NCBI RefSeq assembly: GCF_009914755.1
Contig: NC_060941.1
Source of the DNA: the human T2T-CHM13v2.0 reference genome, Homo sapiens
Strand: one strand, 5' to 3'
DNA length: 64,000 bases
A program made the position numbers and the translations under genes. The notes beneath the pieces are model-generated. The model saw nothing but the letters and a program-made list of their open reading frames with translations. It made no database searches and was not told where the DNA came from. This document shows positions 30,623-45,165 of this stretch, piece after piece (within the stretch, counting starts at the first letter, position 1; each line of letters opens with the position of its first letter).

Positions 30623-32606
30623 AAAACCTTTTGGAAAGCATAAAACGCCCCAAAGCCAAAAACTAATTCTTATCTCTTTTAAACCTTCTGCACTTCTCCA
30701 ATGATGAATGTTTTTTTTTAACCACTGGCAATTCATAATTATTAACTTCTCTGGCATTAATGAATAGAAATTGAATCACATATGGAAGTATAATTTGTAT
30801 TATACGAAGCTTTTCATATTTTAAAAAATATTTGTCCAGTTTTTCTCCATGGATTAACAATGGGAGATTTTCAACATTGCTGTGTTAATGTCTCCTGAGA
30901 TAATTAGATGTGAATAATCTTTTATAAACAGAATTTCCTGGGTGGAATTTCTCATCTTCAGGAGCTCCGTAAATAACCATGTCCCAAGAGAACTGTGAAT
31001 TTGGGAACTGCAAGAACTGAGTCCAAACTTGTCCAGCCTGGAAGCTTTTGGGTGATCGCTCTTGCAGGTGACTTCACTGCCTTCTGTTGAAGGGCCAGTG
31101 AGAGCCTGGGGGTTTCAACCTGCAAGAGCCTTACCATTTTAGGGTTAGCATTAACAATGAGGAAAAGGCATACTTTTTTTGATATTCTCCGTATGTAACA
31201 AAATAGTTACCAAAACAAAGCAAAGTGTGAGTGGTGACTATTGAGAGGACCCTTTCTATCTTTGCTGGATTCCCAGAGATTTCTGGGTTTCTTTTCGAGT
31301 CAATAGTATCTCCATGTTAATTGTGAGCTCTTAAAACCCACAATATGAGTTGCAGCCAGTGACTAGAGATGCAGCCAGTGACTAGTGTTGCAGCTTGTTA
31401 AACTGATCACTGGTGGTAGAGCCTTTTCGTTCTGCTCATTTCTTAAAAGGTCAGCTTGGTCAGAGATTAGTGCTACCCTGCCAGAAATAAGCAGTTAGGA
31501 ATCAAGTAAAGGAGTCAGCTAAAAGCGTAATTACTAAGTAGTGAGGTCATGGCTAGATGGTTGTTGATCTCATTTTCTCTCTGCTGCTGATTTCAAGGCT
31601 TTATACCACGTTTTGATGTAACATAGAATGTATACTATGAAGGACAAATAGTCTGTTAGCTTCTTGGAGCTATACTCCGTTACTGGAGCAGGGGACAACA
31701 ATTTGAAGGACATTACTACTTAGACAGTTTAATCTGCCTTTGGCTAGAATAAACTTCAAGTTCCAAGGGCTGGGTTCAGTTGTTATGCAAATTTAGATTG
31801 TTGCGGTAAAATTTCCGAAAAAAAAGGATAGGACTCTTTAGATGAAATAAGAATTTAACTGTATTTGAACTCTGTTGAAGGCCAGACAAGTTTAGGCAAA
31901 ATCCCACGACTGAATACTCTGTGATGAGTCCCTTTAAATTCCAACGTATAATCTATGTTGGTAAATATGATACGTGCACTGGAAAAGGATGTGTATTCAG
32001 TAGTTGTTGAGTGTCGCGTTCTGTATATGTCAGTTTATGTCAAATTTGTTCATTGTGTTCATCAAATCTCCCTTTCTCTTATGGATTTTTTTCTGTTGGT
32101 CCCATCGGTAATTGAAAGGTATGTTAAAATCTATATTGTAGATTAGTCCATTTTTCTTTTAGTTATATCAGTTTCTGTAGTAAATAATTTGAAGGGGTAT
32201 TTTATATTTATACATATTTAAAATTGGCATACTTTTCTAGTGACTGACATTGTAAAATCTTTTTTATCTTAGCAATATTTCTTTGCTTAAATCTAAACTG
32301 TCAATAATAACATAGCAACATGAGCTTTGTGCTGATTAGTGTTTGCAGGCATGTTTTCCATTGTTTTACTTCCAAATGTCTGGAGTCTTGTATTCAGATA
32401 AATTAATTAAAACATAAAAAATAAATATAATATAAAACATTAAAAAGTAAATATTCTAAAAATCCAGCCAGAGATGTTTCACTTCTAATTGAAGTGTTTA
32501 GGACCACGGCTCTCACACTGTGTGCTAAGGTGCCCTGAGATGCTGTGTTTAACTGACAGGGGCACCAGCGGATAGCGTGTGAGTCTGTGTATGTGTGTGT
32601 GTATAT

Positions 32607-32773
32607 TCGAGATGGGGGTCTCACTCTGTCCCCCAGACTGGAGTGGAGTGTGAGGTCTAGGCTCACTGCAGCCTCTGCCTCCCTGAGTAGCTGGGACAAC
32701 AGGCATGCACCACCATGCCTGGCTAAGTTTTGTAATTTTAGTAGAGACGGGGTTTTGCCATGTTGCCCAGGCT
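32607..32773 (-). mobile_element. Truncated/deleted old Alu
   Basis: cgagatgggggtctcactctgtc...ttgcccaggctg. Confidence 0.8.
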
Positions 32774-33099
32774 GTATATTTTCGAGGGAAACGAAGCAAC
32801 ATTTGCTGGAGACCTTAAGAACTACTAGCTGAGGCAGTTTATAGTTTCAAAAGTAGTTAGTTAGAAGTGCATTTCTTTACCTTTAAGGTGGGTGTTGTTA
32901 ATTACCGCGAAGAAAGCAAGTATTGTGCTAAAGTCAGTGTGGAATAGGAATAAGGTCCAGTGGTTGAGATCCAGTCTGATTTTAAGATTTGAAAAGTTGT
33001 GCTGTGTGCCCAACAGGCACACACATCCCATTAGTAAGTAAATTGTGCTTTTTAAAGAAAGAAACAAAAAAACTGTTTCTACTTCCATTGCGTGTTATT

Positions 33100-34160
33100 T
33101 ATTATATGTACTTGCAAATCCATCACCAAAATAAAAATAATGAACATATCCAGCACTCATAAAAGTTTCCCCTTGCCCTTTTATAATCCCAAACTTTCTG
33201 TATCTTCCTACCTTACCACTCTCCCTGGCAATAACCAATCTGTCACTATAAAATAGTTTGCCTTGTCTAGACATTTATATAAATGAAGTGTAGTACGGAC
33301 CCTTTTTTGGAGGTGTCTGGCATCTTTCACACAGCATAATTATTTTGAGATTCAGCTATATTGCAGGCATCAATAGGTCATTAATTTTATTACTGAGTAG
33401 TATTCTATTGTGCAGATCGGTCACAACTTATATATCCATTTGCCTGTTGATGGGTTTCAGCATTGCTTCCGGTTTTGGACTTATACAAATACATTTGCAA
33501 TGAACATTCATGTACATAAGTTCTTATAACTTTGAGTAAATATTAGGAGTGTAATAGCTAATAGGTTTAGGTTTAGTTTTAAGAGACTGTCAAAATGTTT
33601 GCCAAAATGGTTGTACCATTTTATATTTTTATCAGCAGTATATAAGAATTCCACACTCTTGCCAACACTTTGTATGGGCCTTCTTTTAAAATTTTAGACA
33701 TTTTCACGTGTGTACAATAGTATTTTATTGTGGTTCCATAATGCCTAATAATATGTAGTATCTCTTTATATACTTACATGCCATCTGTATATATTTGGTA
33801 AAGTGTATGTTCACATTTTTTTTTGCTTCTCCCTTTTTTGTTTTTTTCTTTGCTTATTTTCTCATTATTAAATTTTAATAGTTTCTTTATATACTCTGGA
33901 TTCAAATCCCTTATTAGATATGAGATTTGCCAGTATTTTCCCGTTGAGTTTTCTTTTTTGTTCTCATAACATTATCTTTCAAATAGCAGATGCTCTTAAT
34001 TTTGATGGGGTCCAATTTATTAATTGTTCTTGTGCATTTGGTTTTTGGGGCTTCATCTAAGACTTTTTGATTAATTGAATATTACAAAGATTTTTTTTCT
34101 GTATTTTCATCTAAAACTTCATAGCTTTTAATACTTTATTTTATATTTAAGTCAATGATC
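33100..34160 (-). mobile_element. Old L1 (L1ME/MC-class) 3' region
   Basis: Antisense L1 3' motifs (catttgcctgttgatggg, caaaatggttgtaccattttat, ccttattagatatgag). Confidence 0.7.
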
Positions 34161-35399
34161 CTATAAGTGACAGAGCTTTAACCCAAGTCGCTGTCATGCA
34201 TAGCTGGACCCGGGGGCTTATATAAAATCTTCAAGAAATGTTCTCCTTCTTTCTCTTGACACTTTTCCTTTTGTTTTAGCCTCATTTTTTCCTTCTGAAG
34301 ATGACTCTCTTCTCTCTCTGTAGCAAGAGATAGTGCTACAAATAACCCACTTTACTTTTTCCTCACAGACCACAGTGGTAGAAAAAGCAAGAGTCCTTCC
34401 TGATGATTCCAAAAAAAAAGTACTGAAACAGTTGCTATGATCCAAGGGTAGAGTCTTTTGCCAGAGCTGGGCATCATGATCACCTCTAGGGCTGGGGCTG
34501 GTAGGTTGGGTCAGGCCCAGTTGGTGCTCATTGAAATGGTCCCCAAAGAAAAGGGGGGCTCTCAAGAGGAGAGGTGCTGAACACTCCACCAAAAAATAGC
34601 CACTGTGTACATACCTACAATTCCTTGCCATTTTATAAGCAACTGGTTGGGTGAACAATGACTGGAAATTCAGTTGTCATTAACTTTCCTTTATAATGTC
34701 AGTAGAATGAGCCATATATTTCACATGTTGTGGGTTATGTCCATGATAGTCGTTTCTGTATATTAGGTATCAATTTGGAGTATCATCTGAAGAAATATAC
34801 TATTTTGTGATGTTATCCTTAAATTAATATCTTTAGGATAAAGAATTATAGGATGAAAGAAAAGTCTAGGCTAGAAATAAAAGAATAGAGAAAATGGGAG
34901 CATGGATATACTGCAGAAAATGGCCAAACAGGAAAAGTACTTGTGAGAGGTACTGAAGTACATAATTGATGTCACATAGACCTCCAGGAAATTACAACTA
35001 CTGGCATAAGAACAAACTATCTGAATTGTCTTTGCTAATACTGAGTCTTTTCTGCTTGCAAAAGAAGTAAGAATGGTAAGGAATTGGGATATTGTTCAGA
35101 TAGGCCTCAATGCATTTATTCATTTACCTGTTGATGGGGTTTGGGGGTATTAATGAAGGATGTTAATAAATAATAATGGGCATGTTAGGTAATCATAATT
35201 GATTTGTCCATTTGGTCTGAAGAACATTTTGCCTACCTTCTTTTTTGTCGAGGGATTCATTTTTAATGTCATGTTGGATTCTATGGCTTACTAAATGTGT
35301 CATTGCCTATTTATGGATTCTGAAGAATTTTATAAAATGTATTTGCCAAACTTTTTGAAAGCTTAGAACTTCTCCAAGGAAGAAGTTCTTTAGTGCTTT

Positions 35400-35600
35400 A
35401 GTGCTGCCCTGACAAATATGGTAGCCACAGCCATGTGAATATTGAGCATTTGAAATGTGGCTAGGCTGGACCGAGATGTGCTGTCAGGGTAAAACACACA
35501 CCAGATTTTGAAGACTTAGTAGGAAATAAAATTAAACATATCTAATTAATAACTTTTATATTGGTTAGACATTGAAATAATATTTTGTATGTATTTTACA
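35400..35600 (-). mobile_element. MER33 (hAT-Charlie) DNA transposon fragment
   Basis: tggtagccacagccatgtg...atttgaaatgtggctag...gagatgtgctgt...gattttgaagacttagta matches the reverse strand of the recalled MER33 consensus. Confidence 0.75.
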
Positions 35601-35659
35601 TATAAAATACATTCATGTGTATGCATAATTAATATCTTCATATGAAATACTTATCAATT

Positions 35660-36105
35660 ACAATTGGAAGAATGATGACTTTGCAGTGGAGAAATCTGGC
35701 ACAAACTTGATCATGTGCCTCCTGCTGTGATGTCCTAGGAAGACCACAGCATTATTTCTGTGGTTTTCTTGTGAAAGATACATGACCTAAGTCTGGATGT
35801 GGAAACACATCAGATGGAAAAAGGTGAACACATCCTTCTTAAATGCTTATGCTCTTTAAAACTCTTAAGGTTATGAAAAATAGGGCAAAACAGAGGAACT
35901 GTTTGAAGTTGAAGGAGCTTAAGATACATGACAATTAATGCAATGGGAAATCCTGGATTGGATCCCGGATTACAAAGTTAAAAAAAAATGTATTTAGGGC
36001 ACACCTGAGAAAATTTGGATGAGATTATAGCATCTGTTGATTGGACCGTAGTGTTGGGTGAATGCTGATATCCTGATGTGGATGATTATATTCTGGTTAT
36101 GAGAA
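35660..36105 (+). mobile_element. L1MC-like 3' end fragment
   Basis: gtggagaaatctggc..., gatacatgacaattaatgcaatg, ctggattggatcc motifs. Confidence 0.65.
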
Positions 36106-36109
36106 CTTT

Positions 36110-36705
36110 TCCCACATTCCTCATCATTTGCCCAGTGGGTTCATGGAGAATGTGGCGATGGTAGCAGGAGAAGATGCTACATGTTTCCAATAACATGAAC
36201 TTCCCTGCAGCAGTGCTGCCTACTGCCCAGATGAGTGCCCTGACTGCCAACAATGAGCAATGCTGAGACCCTGGAAAGAGGAGCTACCTTGCCTAGACCA
36301 GACAGATTTCTGGTAATGTTGTAATAATATTTTTTCCCTTCCTTCATGGAAGTGGTAAAGAATTGCCCTCACTGGAATAGATGCATATCGGAATATGGAC
36401 TCCACTTCATATGCTTCTCATAGCATCAAATTATTTACATTTGCTGAGTTCTTATTCTCTGCTATCATACAATTACTATTGATGATGGGGCTTATTTTAC
36501 AAAAAAAGAAGTGATGCCATGGGCTTCAGCCCATATTTATTGGTCTTGTGACATCCCACATCACCCAGAGAAACATGACCTCACAAGAATCAGTTACTTC
36601 ACCAACTGTGAGACCCTGAGGGGCTGGGTTTCTATCCTACAAGATGTGTTAGATGCCCTGACCCAAGAGCCCTCCTACCCAGAATGCATGGTTCCATGTA
36701 GCAAG
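36110..36705 (+). mobile_element. ERVL/MaLR internal (integrase-region) fragment
   Basis: gagtgccctgactgccaac, ctcactggaatagatgcatatcggaatatgg and ggtcttgtgacatcccacatcacccaga resemble degenerate ERVL pol/integrase sequence. Confidence 0.65.
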
Positions 36706-36708
36706 GAT

Positions 36709-37217
36709 CATTGTGATGGTGGTGATGATGATGGTGAGGATGGTGATGGTGAAAGTGGATGTGGTGATAATGAAGTGATAGTTATGTTGAGGATGATGAA
36801 GGTGATGATGATGGTGAGAATGGTAAAGGTGAACATGGTGATGGTGAGAATGGTGATGGTGGTGATTGTGATGGTGATGATAAGGATGGTGATGGTGAAG
36901 GTTGTGATGATAATAGTGATATTTATGGTGAGGATAATGGTGATGATGAGGATGATGATGGTGAGAATGGTGATAGTGATGATGATAGTGATGGTAATGG
37001 TGATAATGATGATGATTATGAGGGTGGGGAGGGTGACAATAAGTATTATGGTGAGGATGGTGATGGTGAAGGTGGTGATAACGATAGTGATAGTTACGGT
37101 GAAGATGCTGGTGTTGATGATGGTGAGAATGGCGAGGGTAAGAATGGTGATGGCGACGATGATAGTGTTTGTGATTGTAAGGATGGTGATGGCGATCATG
37201 GTGATGATGATGATAGT
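36709..37217. repeat. Degenerate (GAT/GGT)n triplet array, copy 2
   Basis: Same texture and shared sub-motifs as 23020-23489. Confidence 0.95.
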
Positions 37218-37719
37218 GCTGACTGGGCTATGAGGTAATGGAGGCAGAAAAATGGCAGTTTCTAGGAAGTATAGAGCCAGCTGGGAACTGCAAGGCAACC
37301 TTAGTGGGGGTGGAAGATGTCGGGCCCCTGCCTCATTTCTAGACATCTGGGGAAAGCTCACCCCTCACAGTAGTTCCAGGAACTCCTCCATCCAGCATTT
37401 CCTTCTCGCAATCAGCATGGAGCTTTTGGGGTGCAGAGAAGTGTCTTCTATTCACTGCACTCTGTGGGAAGGGAAAAGGGGGAGTGCTATTTATGAACCC
37501 AGTATAATACAGTAGGATCTCATCTAATATATTTTGGGAGGATTTTCAGCTGAAGAGAGCAAGCCTCAGAGAACTCAGGTAACTTTATCTTCAATAGCAT
37601 CCAGTTGTGATTTATTGAGCAGTTACTATGTGCCAGGCAACATGTTGGGTGGTTCCTTATATGTTATCTCATGAAATCCTACAGCAACACAAGGAGACAG
37701 GCATAACTACCCCATTTTA

Positions 37720-38210
37720 AAAATTGTGGCAAAATAAACTAAAATTTACTGTCTAACTATGTTTAAGTTTACATTTCAGTGGCATTAAATACATTCGCAA
37801 TGTTGTGCAACCAATTTCCAGAATGCTTTTCATCTTGTAAAACTACAATTCTGTAACTCATTTAGAAAGAACTCCCCAATCACCATCCTCCCCAGGACCT
37901 GGTAGCCACCATTCTCCTGTCTGTCTCTATGGATTTGACTACTCTAGGTGCCTTGGAAAAGTGGAATAATACAGCATTTGTCTTTTTGGTCTGGCTTATT
38001 TTGCTCAGCCTAATGTCCTCAAGGTTCATTCTTGATGCAGCAGGTGTCAGACTCTCCTTCCTTTTCAAGGCTGAACACTATTCCACTGTATGCATAGACA
38101 GCATTTTGTTGATCCATCCATCCATCCATGGACACTTGGGTTGCTTCCACCTTTTGGTTATTGTGGATGATGCTGCTCTGAACATGGTTGTGCAAGTATC
38201 TCTTCCAGGC
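37720..38210 (-). mobile_element. L1MB-like 3' end
   Basis: Minus-strand ORF 37880-38068 (...MNLEDIRLSKISQ...VKSIETDRRMVATRSWG) spans the L1 ORF2 end and 3'UTR. Confidence 0.8.
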
Positions 38211-38976
38211 TAGCCCCATTATACAGAAGAGCATAGAGAGATTCTGGGAGGAGGGATGACCTTCCCGGGGCCTTTGGTGAGGTCCTGGTGGAGGATCTCC
38301 TAGATCACAAAGGCAGAGCTCCTCTCCTCACCCCACTGCCTTTCTTAGGACCTGCCTCCTGCTCCACCACACAGTGCCCACTCCCTGGTACTAGACTTGC
38401 TAAGGCCTCTTGATCCCTGAAAGTTCAGGGACAGGAACTGGTGGGCACAACTACAGTCACTCACTTCTCTGTCCCCTACTGCAGATTCTGTGCCAAACAA
38501 TACATGACAATGACCTGCTTTCCACTCTTTCACCAGATGTGGATGAGGCACCTACTGCATGCCAGGCATGTGTGGGCACTGGATGGAGACCCCTGGGAAA
38601 TGAGAAGATGTGAGCTCCTCAAGGCCAGGGGCATCCCTTTCACTTGCTGCTACCCTGTGAGGGATGGAGGGGAACCCTGAGGCATTGGAGAAGTGCATGA
38701 GTGACCTAGCTCAGATGATGATATCATAGTAACCCTGTTTATTATCACCTACCATGTGCCAGGCATTGTGCGAAGTACTTCGCACACATTACCGGCTGTA
38801 AAGCTCAGAGACAACTGTAGGAGTGAATCTGTTATACCTCCCACTTTACAGGGGAGGAAACTGATGCCCAGAGAGGTAAACCAGTCTTCCCCAGGCCTTG
38901 CAGCTAGTCTCTGGGATGTGGATCCAGGTGGTCTGACTCAGAGATCCCCTCATCCTCTTGGTTTTTGCCCCTGTAG

Positions 38977-39368
38977 CCCTCTGGCCTGTCCCCAGGGCCC
39001 TGTACCCTTGGCCACCCCGAAGATGACCTGGACATGGGCTTCAGCAAAGGCAGCAACCCCAGCACATCTCCATTTGATAGGGAGGAACCTCAGGTCCACC
39101 ACAGGAGCCCTGGGCTGCAGGTGGTGTAGGTGCTGGCTGAACCACAATGCACCCATGTTGGAGGATGCACCCTAGGATGGGCAGCAGCAGGAGGTCTCCC
39201 TGCCCAACAACCGGTAGTGGTACCTGAGAACAAAGGAGGAGAAGGAGGCTTTGGGCACAGGTGTGGAGAAGCCCAAGGAGGAAGAAGAAGACTTGGACTA
39301 TGGGCTGCTGGATGGCCTCAAGGACCCCCTCCCAGAAAAGGAACTTTGAGACTTATACCCAGGGCTGA
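38977..39368 (+). pseudogene. BSNDP: BSND last coding exon homolog
   Basis: Acceptor ctgtAG at 38975-38976. Translates as PLACPQGP..., DDLDM..., [50 protein letters not shown]...EKEL and ends CAGGGCTGA. Resembles the barttin C-terminus, with in-frame stops and frameshifts. Confidence 0.9.
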
Positions 39369-41247
39369 GATGAAAGTGCTCCCTATTTTCTATCCTGGAA
39401 CTGCTGCAAACCTCAGTGTGACATCACAGGGCCTCATTTCCCTATTTGTAAAATGGGATTTTATGGGGGTTCCAATGAGACACTGGACTGAGAGCATTTT
39501 GAGAACTGTAAAAAATGTACAGTGAGGGAATAATTATTATCAATGGACCATTGCTCTTCCAATAGTTAGTATTCTTTAGCAAATATTTGAAGGTAAAATA
39601 TGATTTGTTGAGGAGGTTTGCAGCAGCTGAGGCCCTCAAGAGTCTTTTCTGTCTCCGTTCAAAGCTGGCCTCTGACAGGGACCTTCTTGGTGCTACCCCT
39701 GGGCCCCTCATCCTTTGTGCAGGCTTCTCGGGGTTCTTATTTTCTTGCATCTTGTGGTTCCCTAGTGGATGGCATGCTCCATCTTCACTCAGAGCTAACT
39801 GCATCTCCTCCAGGCCCATGTCCCTTGTGCAGCACCCACTGCTCCCTCACCAGGATTCAAAACCTTCTGTGACTGACTTCTGCTGACCTCCCAACTTTAT
39901 CCTCCCTCATTCTTTCTGCTCCTCCAGTTCCATGCCTGTGCCCCTCAATCCTGTGGCTCACACTCTCACCCAAGCTGTTCTCCATCAGGATTTCCTTGGC
40001 TCCCCTTTCTGCTAGGCAAATTTGTGTTCATCCTTCCAAGCCTTGCACAGATGTCCTCCTCTGAAAGCTCTCCCTGAGGTCACACAGTCCAGGAACAAGG
40101 TAGTCCTTGCTCCTCTGCTGCCTCTGGGTTTTGTGCCTTTATCACTTTGGTGTGACTGCCTAACTCCTGCTGAAGGGAGGCATTTTGGCTTTACTCACCT
40201 CAGTATCTCCTGGGTCCAGCTGGGTGTCTGGCCTGGCCCAGAATTGGTGCTCATCGAGGGTGTAAAGAACTCACAAGGACCCAAGAATGTTTTGCAAATA
40301 ATACCACCCTCCCACACTTCTCCAATGTTTACTTTCTAAGCTCCTTTACTCTTTGACATTCAAATTTCTAAATGGCCTGTATGTATTTACAAAGCCTGGG
40401 AAAATGCCTTCAGAGAACAAACACACCCCACCGGCAGAATGTATTTGCATTGACTAGGATTATGGATGAAATTCAGCTTTCCGGCAAATGAATCATTTGG
40501 CATTGGCTGAGTATCTGCTCTGTGCCAGATACTAAGCTGTGATCTCTAGAAAGAGACATGAACTACTGACACAGTCCCTGACCCCGAAGAGCTCAGAATC
40601 CAGTGAGCTTGATTTCTTGTAAGTTAGAGACAGAGTTCAGAGCAGAAGCTCAGGCAGGAGAAGAGAAGTAAAATGGACACACCAGAGGCAGTGACAGCCA
40701 CACAGGTGTCTGGGGACACTGAGTGCAGTAACAAATAGCTTAGGCTGCCTTGGCAGCCCACGAAGGTATCACGGTTTCCTATTGCAGCATCTCAGTGTTG
40801 CTTTTGTTATGCTGATCTCTGCAAAGCCCCTCTGTGCCCCAGCCCAGGATGGTGGCAGCCATGCTGTGGATAAAAGGGCAGTGACGAGGACCACAGGCTC
40901 AGAGCTTGCACCCTGGGCCGCCTGGGAATGGGAGCTCTTCACATGTTCTCTGCCTCTGTGTTCAGGTTGGGGGTCCTGGCCAAGGAAGGGAGATGACCCC
41001 CATGCTAGGTCAAAAGGACACACTCCCGGGAACAGACTGTCTCTTCTTTCTGGGTAATTTCTGCCTCTGCAGTGAATGGTGAAACCAGACACATCCTCTC
41101 TGTTGGTATGACACAAAGACAGGCGTTCCTGCTCGTGGGCTGAATCTTCAGATGAGGGGAGGTGTAGCACACTCCTGTGCTCTGCTGACTAAGGCAGGGG
41201 CACATGTCACCCCATCAGAATGAGTGCCAGACCAATGGCTACAATAA

Positions 41248-41616
<369 letters not shown>

Positions 41617-44600
41617 CAAGTTTTTTCTATAAAACCACCTATTGCACTCAGGATAGGGTAAATGATGCATCATGCCTGCGAGTGCCCACCATCATGCTGT
41701 GCAGTGCCTGTGTGGTGCTGAATCTCAGGAGCAGCTCCCATCCTGTGAACAACTACAGGGACATTAGACATAAGCAAAGACCTCTGGTGGCCACGCCAGC
41801 CAGCAAGCAGATGCTAACCCTGTCCTGGGGGTCTGCAGGGAGGTCGGGCCAGTGGAGAGGTGGCGAGACCCATGTGTGGTCCCCCAAATCCCGCCCATGC
41901 TATGCAATGGGGGCGACCACACACCCGATCTGCCTGGGAGGGTCCTGGTGTGCCCACTGCCTCGCTGAGTTATGAGGGGTGCTGCCTCTCACATCTCACC
42001 GGTATCGCATTTGAAGGACAAATTATGTCTTCCCTTCCCCACCCTGTGGACCTCTGTTTCCTCATGTGCAAGTGGGGGATGATATGCTTACATGGTTATG
42101 CAGTGGGGGTATCGATGGGATCCTTCTGTGAATACCCTGCATCCAGCGACCACCTGGAGCACACCTGCAGTTCGCAAGCTGGGCTTCCTGCTGCAGTGAG
42201 GGGAGCAAGCACTGCCTGGAGCCAGGGAGTTTCTCTGAAGGAGGTGTTGGAAAGGACTTGTTCCAGAATTTGGGCTTGTATTGGGAGCTTGGGGGAGGGT
42301 TGAAAGAAGCCTTTGCTCCAGATTGGATGCTGTCAGAGGCAGGGTGGATTCTATCACCTGGCATCTTCCCCAATCTTACCTAGAAGGAAGGAAGAAGACA
42401 AGACCGAAGCTAATGCTGCAATTGACAAAGAGGTAGTGGTCATGACATAGACACAGGGGAGGGGCTGTGAGGTCATTTTTGTCCATGTTTTGCATGAGCT
42501 GAGCCATGATAGCTACCAAGTGACCTTGCTTTGTCTTGACCCATCATGGTCACAGAGCGACCCTGTCTGATGCTGACAACCTGTGCAGTTCAACAAGAGA
42601 ACACCAACGCCTTGCCAGCAGTGGCTGCCGTCCTCCTGAGGCCTCGCTGCTCCTCCTCTGGGGCCGACTGCTGACCTTGGGAGGTGTGGAGTGGGAGGGG
42701 AATATGCCATGGGTTTTTTTTGCAGAGCAAGGGCAGGAGACTCTGATGTCTTCAGCTCTGGCCATCCTGAGTGCTGTGATCTGCTTCCCCTGCTTCCTAC
42801 ACCACCCGCAATCCCACCACGCTGCTGCAGTCACTGCCAACTCATAGTGCCTTCTAAGGGCTCCAGTGTCTCTGGGACACCCCCTCTCCCCTGGGAGGGA
42901 AGCAAGGTGCTCATGAAGGTCCCAGGTGGAGGTGCTGAAAGAGTGTAGAGGTGCCTTCTTGAGTGTCAAAGTCTGGGATTCCAGCTTTCAGCCTCAGGCT
43001 CCAGGTGTGTGTGCCGAAGTGGAATATTCTGCTCTCATTCGCTCTCCCGCCTGGTCAGAGGAACTTGGGGAGTTTCCTCTCTAGGGGAGGGAAAGGTCCT
43101 GGAGAGGTGGCCTTGCCCTGAACTGGAAAGGGGTGGGCATGGGAAAGCAAGGGCCTGGGCTCTGCCTACTGCTTGCTGACAGCCTGGGCACAGCACTGCC
43201 TTCCCTGGGCTTCTGCCTCTTTTCTCTGTATGATTAGGTGGAGGTGGATGGGATTCTGCTTCTACTCCCAGTCCTTGGGCACCATGTCAGGTACTCACAC
43301 ACTTATGACCCCATCTGGTCCTTGGAACAGCACTGGGGGATGGATCTGTCAACCTCACGTTGCAAATGTTTGTTCTAAATCCCACACTCTGAAGTCAGAA
43401 AGACCTGGGTTTGCCCTCAGCCACTGACGGTTGCTTGCTATGTGACCTTGGACAAGTTGCTGCCCTTCTCTGAGCCTCAACACCCACATTTACACAGAGG
43501 AAGAATAATACCTCCCTCTTGGGCTGCTGTGAAGCAGAGCTAATGGGTACATTGCCTCAGGCACATTGCAGGTGCTCAAAGTGTTGGTCTTTCCTTCCCT
43601 TTCTAGGTCTCCACTTCCTCATCTACGCAGTAGGGAGCAACTCTGTCCTGATTATAAATAAGACAATAGGTGAATGCACTCAGCAAGCCTGGGGGCAGGG
43701 ATGCGTAGAGAAGCTTCTTGCAAAGGTGAAGAATGTGTGCTCTGAGCCCCGTGCTGAGAGGCAGGCAAGAGGACAGCAAGCCCAGCGACTGAGGCCTACA
43801 AAATGCCCCCTGCAGAGAGGGAGGAGGAGCAGTGTTCTAAGGCGGGTGGGAGGCAGCATTCCCAGTGCTTGCAGGAGGAGCAGGACTGCTTGTGCTTGCT
43901 CAGGTGGGTGGTAGGTTAGGTTCTTAGGCATCTGCTGGGTATCAGATGCTGCACAAGCATCATCTCCGTGAATTTAATCTTTCCATCATCCCTGAGAGGT
44001 GGGCATTACAGGGGCATAGTGGGATTGAAACACAGGTCCCCTGAGCCTGTGCCTTTTCTACAAGGCAACTTAGTTCACATGTAATAATAGGACCCAAAAA
44101 TACACCTGCTATGCTGTGCTCACCTGATTTCATAACATCCTTGTGACCTGCGAGGTTGGTGTACTGTCCTTATTTTATGGATGAGAAAACTGAGGCTCAG
44201 AGAGGCTGAATAATTTTGCTCATCCTTCCAAAGAACTAAAGGGAAGAGAGGTGCTATAGCTGTGGGGCCTTCTATTCCTGGGAGGAAGTGTGCAGTACCC
44301 CAGGCCATTCTGACCCTAGTGCAGGCAGGAGAAAAGGCACATCAACAAATCCAGCAGCAAGCTTCCACTGAGGGCCTCCCTGGCCTTTCCTTGCACTAGT
44401 GCTGAGGGAGAAACAGCCTTGTTCCTTCACCTAACATGGCTTCGTGCCGCCCCCAGGATAAAGGTCAGGGTCCTCAGGTCTGTGTTTGAGACTCTTCATG
44501 GTCTGATCCCACCTGCATTTCCAGCCAAATCCTCCACCACAGCCCCCAGTGCAGCAGCCCTGGCCATCTGTCCCATCCCACCATCCTGCCTTGGCTCAAG

Positions 44601-44792
44601 CTGTTCCCTCTGTCCCATGCTATTCACACATAGAACAAGGAGAAGTTTGATATAGGCTAACCTGAAGTTTCCATTTGAGAGCATTTTCAGCTTTTGGAAA
44701 CAGACATTTCACCCAAAATTCCAGATTCCCTGCTTCTCTGAAAATACATACATACATACATACATAAATCTGCTTTTACTATGCACTATTCT

Positions 44793-45092
<300 letters not shown>

Positions 45093-45165
45093 TCTGCACT
45101 ATTCCTTAGTGTCAGACAATTTGAGACAAACAATGTCTTTCTCATTTGGACGTGACCTTCAGGGT

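Larger units (their letters stand above)
19436..39368 (+). pseudogene. BSNDP: Unprocessed BSND (barttin) pseudogene; only first and last coding exons recognisable
   Basis: Exon 1 and last-exon homologs lie in the correct order and strand. Both are disrupted. Confidence 0.88.

Noticed and set aside
29667-30704. 345-aa ORF ending in RERERE/KKKK
   Set aside because: Non-ATG start, GC-rich stop-poor DNA, and the tail translates microsatellites.
31351-31397. 19-bp tandem duplication tgcagccagtgactag
   Set aside because: Ordinary local slippage with no further structure.
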